From Patescibacteria group bacterium (lineage in GTDB: Bacteria; Patescibacteriota; Patescibacteriia; JBAZBY01): a stretch of DNA of 64,000 nt. The stretch lies in NCBI GenBank assembly GCA_041671225.1, contig JBAZBY010000001.1, positions 558,940 to 622,939 of the forward strand, written 5' to 3'. Both the position numbers and the translations under genes were made by a program. Shown in pieces: positions 38,433 through 47,328 of this stretch; position 1 is the stretch's first letter, and each line of letters starts with the position of its first letter. The notes under the pieces are model-generated. The model did no database searches. It saw nothing but the letters and a program-made list of their open reading frames with translations, and had not been told where the DNA came from.

Positions 38433-40490
38433 ATGAAACGCCGGCTTACCATTATTAGCGTAGGTTTTACTGCCGTATTACTGCTCGGCATTTTTTCATT
38501 TCTTCCGGTTGAGCCAGCGCTTTCTGTGGCAGGGGATTATCTGTGGGTGGATAAAAAGATCAACCCCCCGTTTACCGGTGACGTTGCTCGTGTCCGTTTA
38601 GAGACGGCTACGGACGGCAATGCGCTCACAAAAATTTCATATACTCCATACCGTAAATGGTCAATCTCAAAGCTTGATCGGACTAACGGCAATATTCTGT
38701 GGACTGCCAGCTGGAATGCCGACTTCAATTGGTATGATGACTTGCTTCCGGACAACGCAGGCGGCTTTTATTCTTCCGGTCTTTGTGATGATTTTGATGC
38801 AAGTTGTGTGTATGGATCAAACGGCATGCGCGTGAACCATTATGATACAAATGGTAATGCATTGTGGGACAAAGGCTTCCCGAAGACCGCGGAAGTAGGA
38901 ATTTTTGGCAGCCAAAGAGAGTTACAACTTCAGCTTTTGGACAATAACGATGTGCTTTTTGCAAACGCCGAAGCGACTGATCCAAGTTGGTGGCGATTGC
39001 GAAGACTGGCTGCGAACAATGGTGAAACAATATGGGGACCGATAACGCCTAGTAATTGTGATGACGCAAACGCACAAACGGGTCTGACGGCGCAGGGAAA
39101 TTTTATTTTTGCCTGTGTTGATGACCTTGCGACCGATATTCTTCGCATTCGGGTGTATGATCCATTGAACGGCACGCTTCTGCAAGACGGTAGTATGAGT
39201 CTTCCCAGCCCGATTGGGTCTATTGAAGACGTGTATGGAACTGCCGACGGCGGGTACCTTATTAAACAGTCGGGAATAGTGACAAAAGTGACAAGTTCTT
39301 TTGCCACAAGCTGGACAGCCACCCCGGCCACAGACGTTGTTGTTGATGACGCCGGGCAATATGTGTATATTAGTGCACCGCAAGCTGGCATGAACGTCTG
39401 GAAGCGAGATACGAGTAATGGGAATATCATATGGACAAAGAGCATTGATATTAGCGGGAGTTTTTCAAATGGACTTCGCGCAGATGCAGGCGGTCTTCAT
39501 GTCGCCTATTCGACCGGTATTGGCGGGAACGGGTTTTATGCAAAGATTGATTTTGACGGCAATTTTCTTGTTGGAGCACAGAATATCACCATCCCAGCTT
39601 CCGTGTGGGGGGATGCCAATTCCGTAACGCCGAGTGGCGATGCATTATTGGTAACGCCAGACAACCTTGGCGGCGCAACGTTAGTGTGGGAGAGTGACCG
39701 TTCTGGTACATACTACCAATATGGAACAGGCATCGAAGGCGTTCCACTCCCGACACCACCTAGCGTACCGACGCCACCTCTTCCGCCGCCAACGCCACCC
39801 GCAAAATCATTTCCGGATACCAAGCGCTTGTCCGTGTATGACGGCATCATTTGGATTGTCGGCGGCGCACCATCATATGATGTGATGCAGCTTGGGAACG
39901 CAGGCCGTGATATTCTCGCAACCAGTGGTATCTTTTTTGCTGGGAATGGCGGGGATTCCGGTGGCGCGTATCTTGAGGGGCTTGCAGGTACTGCCGCGCA
40001 ACGGCTTGCCATCAATGCGGGCAACGCAAGCTTCCCTGCGCTGCAACTTTCGAGTTCATCTTCACCCGCGCTGCAGCTGCAGCAACTTGGCACAGGGCTT
40101 GCAGCAAAGTTCATCGGGGATGTGTATGTGACGGGCGACCTTGAGGTGCTTGATGACCCGTTATACCCCGGCACAAAATCTTCTATTGTGGATACCTCGC
40201 AGGGAGAAACAAAGCTCTATGCTATTGAGGCGCCCGACGCGCGGTTTGCGGACTACGGTGAAGGGAAGGTGCAGGATGAAGAAGTGTTCATCCCACTTGA
40301 CCCGACGTTTGCAGAAACGATCGAGGATGCGAATTATCATGTGACGCTCACCGCGATAGATGAAACACATACGCTTGCGGTTGCGGATCGCACAAACAAA
40401 GGGTTCACAGTGAAGGGCGAATCCGGCACGCGTTTTTATTATGAAGTAGTCGGCATACGTAAAGGATACAACGATGCACGCTTTAAGTAA
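38433..40490 (+). CDS. Secreted protein P4: PQQ-like beta-propeller repeats, Pro-rich linker, conserved C-terminal domain
   Basis: Repeated 'GN[IA]LW'/'GETIWG'/'GNIIWTK' blades; 'PLPTPPSVPTPPLPPPTPP'; C-terminal 'IEAPDARFADYGEGK...LDPTFAETIEDANYHVTLTAID...LAVADRTNKGFTVKGESGTRFYYEVVGIRKGYNDARF'. Confidence 0.6.
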   Translation: MKRRLTIISVGFTAVLLLGIFSFLPVEPALSVAGDYLWVDKKINPPFTGDVARVRLETATDGNALTKISYTPYRKWSISKLDRTNGNILWTASWNADFNWYDDLLPDNAGGFYSSGLCDDFDASCVYGSNGMRVNHYDTNGNALWDKGFPKTAEVGIFGSQRELQLQLLDNNDVLFANAEATDPSWWRLRRLAANNGETIWGPITPSNCDDANAQTGLTAQGNFIFACVDDLATDILRIRVYDPLNGTLLQDGSMSLPSPIGSIEDVYGTADGGYLIKQSGIVTKVTSSFATSWTATPATDVVVDDAGQYVYISAPQAGMNVWKRDTSNGNIIWTKSIDISGSFSNGLRADAGGLHVAYSTGIGGNGFYAKIDFDGNFLVGAQNITIPASVWGDANSVTPSGDALLVTPDNLGGATLVWESDRSGTYYQYGTGIEGVPLPTPPSVPTPPLPPPTPPAKSFPDTKRLSVYDGIIWIVGGAPSYDVMQLGNAGRDILATSGIFFAGNGGDSGGAYLEGLAGTAAQRLAINAGNASFPALQLSSSSSPALQLQQLGTGLAAKFIGDVYVTGDLEVLDDPLYPGTKSSIVDTSQGETKLYAIEAPDARFADYGEGKVQDEEVFIPLDPTFAETIEDANYHVTLTAIDETHTLAVADRTNKGFTVKGESGTRFYYEVVGIRKGYNDARFK

Positions 40491-41325
40491 TTATCAGCAT
40501 CATAAACTCCGCAGCGCATCAAGCGGAGAAAAACCATTCCGTACCTCGGTATTGTTCGTGCTGGCATTTGTCACGCTTTTTGCGGGATCGCTGGCGGTCT
40601 ATGTGGGAAGAGTGAGCTCTGCGCCCGGCTCAGGAACACCTCCAATTCTCGGTACTACCCTTGGAAATATCTATAACGGCGGCATCCAGATAACGGGTAA
40701 TGGCGCCAGCCCTGACACGCTTGCGCTTGGTGCAGGCGGGAGTGTGATCGCCGGAACAGGCAATCTCTATTTTCTTCCGAATGAATCGATCGTTGATGCA
40801 TCATATGGTTCATACTTCCGCGGCGTCAGTGGCCAGCCGGCACAGGGATTGGTGATTGATACGCGTTTGTGGGACGCCACGGGCGTGACATTGCAGAACA
40901 ACAACGCAGCACAGATCACCCTTGCGGCGCTTGCAACAGGCAGCTCCACGACAGCCGCGTCATTTTTGGGTGGTCTGCGCATTGAGGGTAATCTCGTTAA
41001 AGAGAACCTCAATGCTGTTGTTGATACGAGCGCAGGCCCGGCAACGCTTTCAACGCTTGAGGCGCCGGATGCGCGTTTTGTTGATTATGGCACAGGTACA
41101 ACACAGGACGGCAGAACTGAGATTGCGATTGACGCACTGTATGCCGAGACGGTTGATCTTGAGACGTATTACGTTTTCACAAGCCCCGCGAGCAGTGATG
41201 CTGTTCTTGCCGTCACAGAGCAAACAACTGACGGCTTCACCGTTCTCGCGTCGCATGACACGGATTTTACGTATAAAATTGTTGCAGTACGCAAAGGGTA
41301 TTCGCAGAAGCGCTTCAGCCAATAA
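40474..41325 (+). CDS. Secreted/membrane-anchored protein P5 (conserved C-terminal domain shared with P3 and P4)
   Basis: Signal anchor 'VLFVLAFVTLFAGSLAVYV'; C-terminal 'LEAPDARFVDYGTGT...YYVFTSPASSDAVLAVTEQTTDGFTVLASHDTDFTYKIVAVRKGYSQKRF'. Confidence 0.55.
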   Translation: MHALSNYQHHKLRSASSGEKPFRTSVLFVLAFVTLFAGSLAVYVGRVSSAPGSGTPPILGTTLGNIYNGGIQITGNGASPDTLALGAGGSVIAGTGNLYFLPNESIVDASYGSYFRGVSGQPAQGLVIDTRLWDATGVTLQNNNAAQITLAALATGSSTTAASFLGGLRIEGNLVKENLNAVVDTSAGPATLSTLEAPDARFVDYGTGTTQDGRTEIAIDALYAETVDLETYYVFTSPASSDAVLAVTEQTTDGFTVLASHDTDFTYKIVAVRKGYSQKRFSQ

Positions 41326-41328
41326 GCC

Positions 41329-44300
41329 ATGCCGCAAATACTGCAGCACAAGAGCTTTCCGTATGTGATGACGCTCCTGGTTCTTCTATCAGGAGTCTTG
41401 CTTGGCGTCCTTTATGGTTCTCCCGTTTGGGCGGCGTGGATACAAACGCCGGTTCTTGAGGGCTATGAGAATGCTGTTATTCATGACATTGTCATGCTGG
41501 AGAAGAGCCCGGATAACACGCCAGAGAACACACCATATGTAGGTTATGCGGTAGGGCAGCTTGATGGCACACAGACCGCGGGAGCCATCATTCTTTACTA
41601 TAATGGCGTTTCTTGGTCGCATCTTTATTCTGACGAGCATCTTGGTATTTTGCGAGGTGTTGATGCGCGCTATGACGGAACAAAACCAGAAGTCATTGCC
41701 GTTGGAGATTATACCGTGAGCAGCGGCTACCCCACACCTGATTTCAATACCATTATACACGGCGTAAACAACATCTTCAGTATCCAGACGTATCAGGAAA
41801 TTGGTGGGGTTGCCGGCGCACATGATCGTTGTAATCCCATTATCGAGTTAAATTGTAAAAGTTGGGTAGCAGACGGGACAGATCTCGTTGATGCTGCCTT
41901 TGGTGATCAGGCGATCATTCACCGCTATGAAGGCGGCGCGTGTGCAGGCACTCTTCAGGATGATGGGTTGTTTATTATTGGCGACACACAAGATTATGGC
42001 GGTATAACCGGCATACGGGGTACGTTTCTTGTTGGGCAGCGTTGTGTTGACAGTTCATCGCACGATGTCATGTGGGTCATGCGTGATCAATTGTCCAATC
42101 CATACTATCCAACACTTTTTTCTTCACTTGCAACGCCAATTGTGGGGAATTTCACGGCAATGACCTACGCTGGACATAGCTCGTACTTTATTGCCGCGGA
42201 TAGAGCCACAGAATCAAAGGCAAGCCTATTTAAATTCAGCATGGACGCGGGCACGACAGGATTCAAAGAAGTGAGCACGTCTGGCGTTCAATTCAATGAT
42301 GCGGGCGGAGTGCGCACCATAGAAAGCTTGTCAGCAGTGCTTGAGCCAGGCCCGGCCGCGGACGCAAAAGGACCATATTGGCATGTCTATGCAACAACAG
42401 CAACGGATGGCAATGCGGATACAGGAGTGGTCCATCTTGGTATTTATGGTGATGCCGCGAGTGGTCTTTCGGACGGCCTTGCGCATACGCGCTTTTCAAC
42501 AAGCAAACCCATAAGTGATGTGGGTGCGGTTATTCAATATCGTGGCGGCAATATTCTTGCCAATAGTAACTTCACGGGAACTCATGAGAATAATGCGCAC
42601 CTGCCAGAAGGGTGGCATTCTTCAGATTCTATCGCCACTTTGTACGATACCACTATTCATGCCACTGATGTCGTTGATAATCCCTCAGCTCCAGAGGGGC
42701 CTTCTGGCAAGGTACTGCAGCTCGCGCAGGAACTCATAGAAAATGCCAATGAGTCAGCCGCGGTGCAGTTTTGGACAGACAATACCTTTACGACGCGCGT
42801 GACCACAACACAGAATGAACTCGCACATCCTTTTATTGGATCTCTCGACGCAGACGCGTTACTCGGAACCGTGCCTGGGAGCAATGCGTTTCGTATCACC
42901 GGTTTTTTTAAAGGCCATCCTTCTGACACATATGACTTTCAGCTTTCACTTACTCATCCAGGGGATACCCATGCACGGCTGTTTATTGGAAATAAAATAG
43001 CAGACTCAAATGGCGATTTTGATGATGCAAATGCCATAGCTGATAAGTGGACAGCAACAGCGCCTGGCTTTGGCCAGTTTACGTTTGATGGAGCAGGGGG
43101 AGAGATTCTTGATTCCATGACCCTTGGTGATGGCGCAGGCGTTCGTGAATCGGAGGGGTATTATCCTTTTGTGTTCGAGTTTGCCCGGGATAATGAACTT
43201 ATTGTTGGGCGCAGCGTCACTCTGCAATGGAAAAAAGATGGATCTGCAACGTATGATCCATTTAATCCAGCAATGCGGGTCGGTAATAGTAGCTTGATCG
43301 ATGGCGGGTTGGGTCAGCAAGCGGCTTCTGAACAGCCTTTACCGCACATGCGGGGGCCAAAGGGTCCGGCATATCTCGTGAAAGGCAAGGTGCGTGTTGC
43401 AAAGGCACCGGATGCTTTTTTTAACGCGAACGATCGTGACCCACGGAAGCCAGGAAGAGCCTGGGGCGGTATTTATACGCGTTGTGAGGATCCTGCATGG
43501 GGGGATTGCGGTTTTAACTGGTCAATAGAAACCATCGATCCAAAGGTTGAGTCTGACACGCTCACAACAGAAGACCCAGGAACAGGCGGTTGGCGTGAAT
43601 TTCAATATATCCTGGCAAAGACCGGCGAGGCACAAAATTACATGACGGTTGTTTGTTACGCCGAATACGGAGTGAAGACATGGTGTGCTGATTTTTCCAT
43701 AGAGCCGGTTCAAGAAGCCACACAAGCAACGGCGCCGCGTTATATGCTTTTTGCGTCTAGTCCCGATGGGAGTATTTTTTCTGGGAATGCAGAATTGCCG
43801 GGCACGATGACCCTCAAGGAAGAGGTGAGTGGTACCGTCGCGCTGCGCGCTATTGATGTTGCTTCTCCGGTGAAGGGAGCCGCAGGCGGTGATCATGGCG
43901 GGCTTTTTGATATTATTCCGGGGTTGGTGCAGGGATGGGGATGGGTTGGTGCAACAACCACCGGCACGTCAAAGGATGCATTGGGTTGGATCAGTTTTTC
44001 TTGCGCGGATTCCAATCAGTGCAATGAACATCAGCTGAGCTATGGTGTGAACCTCGGGAGCGCATTGCCTGGTAATCTGCATCCCTTGGATGGTGCGGCG
44101 TGGTTTGGCACCACAGACGTGAATCAGGTGCGCCAGCTTGATGGCGCACCGATAGCAAAGGATTCTGTTTGTACTGGCGACGATCGGTATATTTGCTCTC
44201 ATTATGTTCCTGATCCGGGGGACCCTGGCGCTCCTGCAGATGCGAATGCATTTTGTCAGTCTCTTGGCGCGGGAACGTGCCCTGCAGCGTCACAGGTATG

Positions 44301-46032
44301 TAGCGTGGCACCGAGCTTTGCTGATTGCGATATCGAATGTTCGCCAATCACGGGACATCCGTTTGGCTGCGCAAGCGTTGGTTGGCTTTCATTTGAGCGG
44401 AACACGGATCCATTACTTTCCACTGGCCGGCCGCCATGTGATAATGGCAGTACCGGACCATGTCTTGGCGATCTTTACAGCACCGCTGGCACAAGCCAAA
44501 CATATACTGCAGCAGTAGACTTTGATACCGGCATTATGAGTGGATGGGGTCGTCTTCTTTCCCTTGCAAGTACCATTAATGAAACGAATGTGACGCCAGG
44601 TGGTTGGGTGAAGTTTCTTGGTTCTGAAGTATCAGGTTTTACAGGGGACCTCTATGAGTGCGTGAATTGTCAGGAAAGCGCACTTGGATATCATTGCCGA
44701 CTGTGCTTTTTGCCGGATCCAACCGTCGGAAATCCATTTCCTGGTCTTTGCAGCCGCACAACGCCTGCAAACCCCGGTGAATGTACGGGAAGGTGCTCAA
44801 ACGACCTTAGTGGCACATGCACAACAGATGCAACGTGCGGAGCAGGGGAAGCGTGTCTACCAAACGGGTGGTGTGACGGAGTTGTCGGCGCTTCTGCATG
44901 TTTTTCAAATAGTGATTGCCCGGGAACCGAATGTACGAATATTGGATTTACCTGCGACACAACCAGCGCGACCTGCTATCGCTATGGCACGGGATTGGAT
45001 ACTTCTTCCGGAAAGTTTCATGGTTTCGCATGGAGCAATGACGTAGGATGGGTAGATATGTCACGCGTGCGGTATGGTAACCAGCCGTGGTTTCAAACAC
45101 TGCAGGGGAATATTTTTTCTGCTGACAATGTTGGCGACGCATCCAATGTGACGCCCGTAAAATGCAATGCAACATATCGCATCACTGCCGTGGGGACTCT
45201 GGAAAATGTTTGCTCCGCATCAGCAGCAAACCCATTTGAGGTGCCGTTTGAAGTTGATGCAGATCTAGGAGATAATCTCATCACCTCTGATAGCGATAAA
45301 AGCCTGGAGACGGTCTTTGGCGCGACAGATCTTGCTGGTTTACTGAATGACAATGACGGTGATTTTATACCAGACGCGTTTGGCATTGGTAAGGGAAGGT
45401 ATGCCAGTGAACTTGTTAATCTTAATAATGGGCCAACCCGCACAATCTTTGATGCGCAGCTTGGGGGGGGAGGTCTTTTGCTCGACAATAAGGTGTATTA
45501 TTACTGCGGAGAACCGTGTGGAAACAGCACATTGGAACTGAGCGATGGGCTCATTTTAAATGGTACCGCAGATGATGAATCAGGGGATGGCACGCTTGTG
45601 GTTCTTGGAGATCTGATCTTCATTGGGGATATTCTTTATAAAAATGTGCAGGTAGATTCTCTGACGCAACTCGCATCCCTTGGCATCATTGTTCTGGGGG
45701 ATGTGCAAATAAAGAATAGCGTCAATGAAATCGATGCGACATTGTATGCACTTGGGAATCCAGCCTTAGGCGTCGTAGGACAAGACCCACTTGCCGGACG
45801 ACGCGCAGGTACCATTCGTATTGATGGCGGAACAAGCGCCCAGTATGTGCATCGCGGTCTTATGATTGCCAGAGAATTCAGCTTCAAGCGCGTCTATGGC
45901 GGTTTGCTTTCTGATCCAGATTCAGCAGAAAAGGTCATTTATGATGGACGTGTTGTGGCAAATCCGCCGCCAGGATTCACCACACTCCAAAAGGCACTTC
46001 CTCTACTGCGTCAGTCCGTCCCTACGAACTAG
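41329..46032 (+). CDS. Giant (1567 aa) secreted protein P6 with a Cys-rich module and a beta-helix-like C-terminal region
   Basis: N-terminal TM/signal; about 30 Cys clustered in 'CVNCQESALGYHCRLC...CSRTT...CTGRCSND..CTTDATCGAGEAC...CFSNSDCPGTEC'; C-terminal 'LVVLGDLIFIGDILYKN..LGIIVLGDVQIKN'. Confidence 0.6.
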   Translation: MPQILQHKSFPYVMTLLVLLSGVLLGVLYGSPVWAAWIQTPVLEGYENAVIHDIVMLEKSPDNTPENTPYVGYAVGQLDGTQTAGAIILYYNGVSWSHLYSDEHLGILRGVDARYDGTKPEVIAVGDYTVSSGYPTPDFNTIIHGVNNIFSIQTYQEIGGVAGAHDRCNPIIELNCKSWVADGTDLVDAAFGDQAIIHRYEGGACAGTLQDDGLFIIGDTQDYGGITGIRGTFLVGQRCVDSSSHDVMWVMRDQLSNPYYPTLFSSLATPIVGNFTAMTYAGHSSYFIAADRATESKASLFKFSMDAGTTGFKEVSTSGVQFNDAGGVRTIESLSAVLEPGPAADAKGPYWHVYATTATDGNADTGVVHLGIYGDAASGLSDGLAHTRFSTSKPISDVGAVIQYRGGNILANSNFTGTHENNAHLPEGWHSSDSIATLYDTTIHATDVVDNPSAPEGPSGKVLQLAQELIENANESAAVQFWTDNTFTTRVTTTQNELAHPFIGSLDADALLGTVPGSNAFRITGFFKGHPSDTYDFQLSLTHPGDTHARLFIGNKIADSNGDFDDANAIADKWTATAPGFGQFTFDGAGGEILDSMTLGDGAGVRESEGYYPFVFEFARDNELIVGRSVTLQWKKDGSATYDPFNPAMRVGNSSLIDGGLGQQAASEQPLPHMRGPKGPAYLVKGKVRVAKAPDAFFNANDRDPRKPGRAWGGIYTRCEDPAWGDCGFNWSIETIDPKVESDTLTTEDPGTGGWREFQYILAKTGEAQNYMTVVCYAEYGVKTWCADFSIEPVQEATQATAPRYMLFASSPDGSIFSGNAELPGTMTLKEEVSGTVALRAIDVASPVKGAAGGDHGGLFDIIPGLVQGWGWVGATTTGTSKDALGWISFSCADSNQCNEHQLSYGVNLGSALPGNLHPLDGAAWFGTTDVNQVRQLDGAPIAKDSVCTGDDRYICSHYVPDPGDPGAPADANAFCQSLGAGTCPAASQVCSVAPSFADCDIECSPITGHPFGCASVGWLSFERNTDPLLSTGRPPCDNGSTGPCLGDLYSTAGTSQTYTAAVDFDTGIMSGWGRLLSLASTINETNVTPGGWVKFLGSEVSGFTGDLYECVNCQESALGYHCRLCFLPDPTVGNPFPGLCSRTTPANPGECTGRCSNDLSGTCTTDATCGAGEACLPNGWCDGVVGASACFSNSDCPGTECTNIGFTCDTTSATCYRYGTGLDTSSGKFHGFAWSNDVGWVDMSRVRYGNQPWFQTLQGNIFSADNVGDASNVTPVKCNATYRITAVGTLENVCSASAANPFEVPFEVDADLGDNLITSDSDKSLETVFGATDLAGLLNDNDGDFIPDAFGIGKGRYASELVNLNNGPTRTIFDAQLGGGGLLLDNKVYYYCGEPCGNSTLELSDGLILNGTADDESGDGTLVVLGDLIFIGDILYKNVQVDSLTQLASLGIIVLGDVQIKNSVNEIDATLYALGNPALGVVGQDPLAGRRAGTIRIDGGTSAQYVHRGLMIAREFSFKRVYGGLLSDPDSAEKVIYDGRVVANPPPGFTTLQKALPLLRQSVPTN

Positions 46033-46037
46033 TTATT

Positions 46038-46072
46038 CCCTTGCTCCGGAGTCACACTTTGTGTTATAATCT
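46038..46072 (+). promoter_or_regulatory. Candidate sigma70 promoter with extended -10 in front of pilM
   Basis: 'ttgctc'-17 nt-'tgTTATAAT'. Confidence 0.35.
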
Positions 46073-46106
46073 TGTCTATTAGAACAAACTTTGCACGTCA
46101 CATACA

Positions 46107-47321
46107 ATGAGTCTGTTTGGGGGTAAAAAGAGCTATGTCGGCGTTGATATCGGTACTTCGTCCATAAAGGTAACGGAATTCACTGATGATCGCGGACGTC
46201 CACGGCTCGTAACATATGGATTTGCCGACCAGCCAATTGAGGTTTTAAAGTCTGATACGCCGGAATCACGTGAATATGTCACGCAGTCACTGAAGGCGAT
46301 ACTCAAGAAGGCGCACATTTCCTCAACCCAAGCAGTTGCTGCGCTGCCGAATTTTTCCGTGTTTTCATCCATCATTTCCTTACCGGAAATGAGCAAGAAA
46401 GATCTTTTTTCTGCTGTACGCTGGGAAGCAAAGAAATTCGTTCCAATGCCGCTCGAGGAGATGGTTCTGGACTGGCGGGTATTGAAGACGGAAGAGCAGC
46501 ATGCTGCGGCTGCCAAGGCAGCGCTGGAGCCGGCAATGGCAGGTATGCCAGATACAATACCAAGACCCGGCATTCCATCCGCAGCTGGAGCACCAGAATC
46601 CCTCTTTAAGGCGTCCAGTCAGAGCGAGGGTGAAATCAAAGAAGAGCACAAAGAGTTGGGTAAAGAGGGTCAGACAGGCAAAAATCTTCGCGTACTTATT
46701 ACCGCCGCACCCAAAGGGCTCGTTGAAAGGTATATTCAGATTTTCAAAGGCGCCGACCTGCAAATGAAAAGCCTTGAGACGGAAGCATTTTCACTCACAC
46801 GTTCATTGATTGGCAGCGACCCTTCACCCATTTTATTGGTTGATATTGGTGCAGTGACAACAACGATCAGTATTATCGTTGATGGCATTCCCATGATGAA
46901 CAAGAGTATTGATGTCGGTGGCGAAACAATCACACAAGCCATCACTACAAGTCTTCATGTTGAGCATCGTCGAGCGGAGCAGTTTAAGCGGGATTTTGGC
47001 CTTGCCACCTCCAGCGGGCCAGCAACACAGGTTCCCAAAACGATCGAATTCACTTTTTCTTCCATTGTGAATGAAATGCATTACGTGTTGAATCTTTTTC
47101 AAAGCCAGGAACACATTGTGCCGGAAAAAATCATTCTTGCCGGCGGTTCTGCTTTTCTTCCCAATCTTATTCATCACCTTGAGACAGAAATGAACATGCG
47201 CGCATTTATTGGGGATCCTTGGGCCCGCGTGGTGTATCCAAAAGATCTTCAGCCTTTGCTCGCAGAAATCGGTCCACGCTTTGCCGTGGCAGCAGGATTA
47301 GGAATGCGAGAGATACTCTAA
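46107..47321 (+). CDS. pilM: Type IV pilus assembly protein PilM (actin-like ATPase fold)
   Basis: 'KSYVGVDIGTSSIKVTEF' N terminus, 'ILAGGSAFLPNL', about 400 aa; first gene after P6. Confidence 0.85.
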   Translation: MSLFGGKKSYVGVDIGTSSIKVTEFTDDRGRPRLVTYGFADQPIEVLKSDTPESREYVTQSLKAILKKAHISSTQAVAALPNFSVFSSIISLPEMSKKDLFSAVRWEAKKFVPMPLEEMVLDWRVLKTEEQHAAAAKAALEPAMAGMPDTIPRPGIPSAAGAPESLFKASSQSEGEIKEEHKELGKEGQTGKNLRVLITAAPKGLVERYIQIFKGADLQMKSLETEAFSLTRSLIGSDPSPILLVDIGAVTTTISIIVDGIPMMNKSIDVGGETITQAITTSLHVEHRRAEQFKRDFGLATSSGPATQVPKTIEFTFSSIVNEMHYVLNLFQSQEHIVPEKIILAGGSAFLPNLIHHLETEMNMRAFIGDPWARVVYPKDLQPLLAEIGPRFAVAAGLGMREIL

Positions 47322-47328
47322 AAAAACA

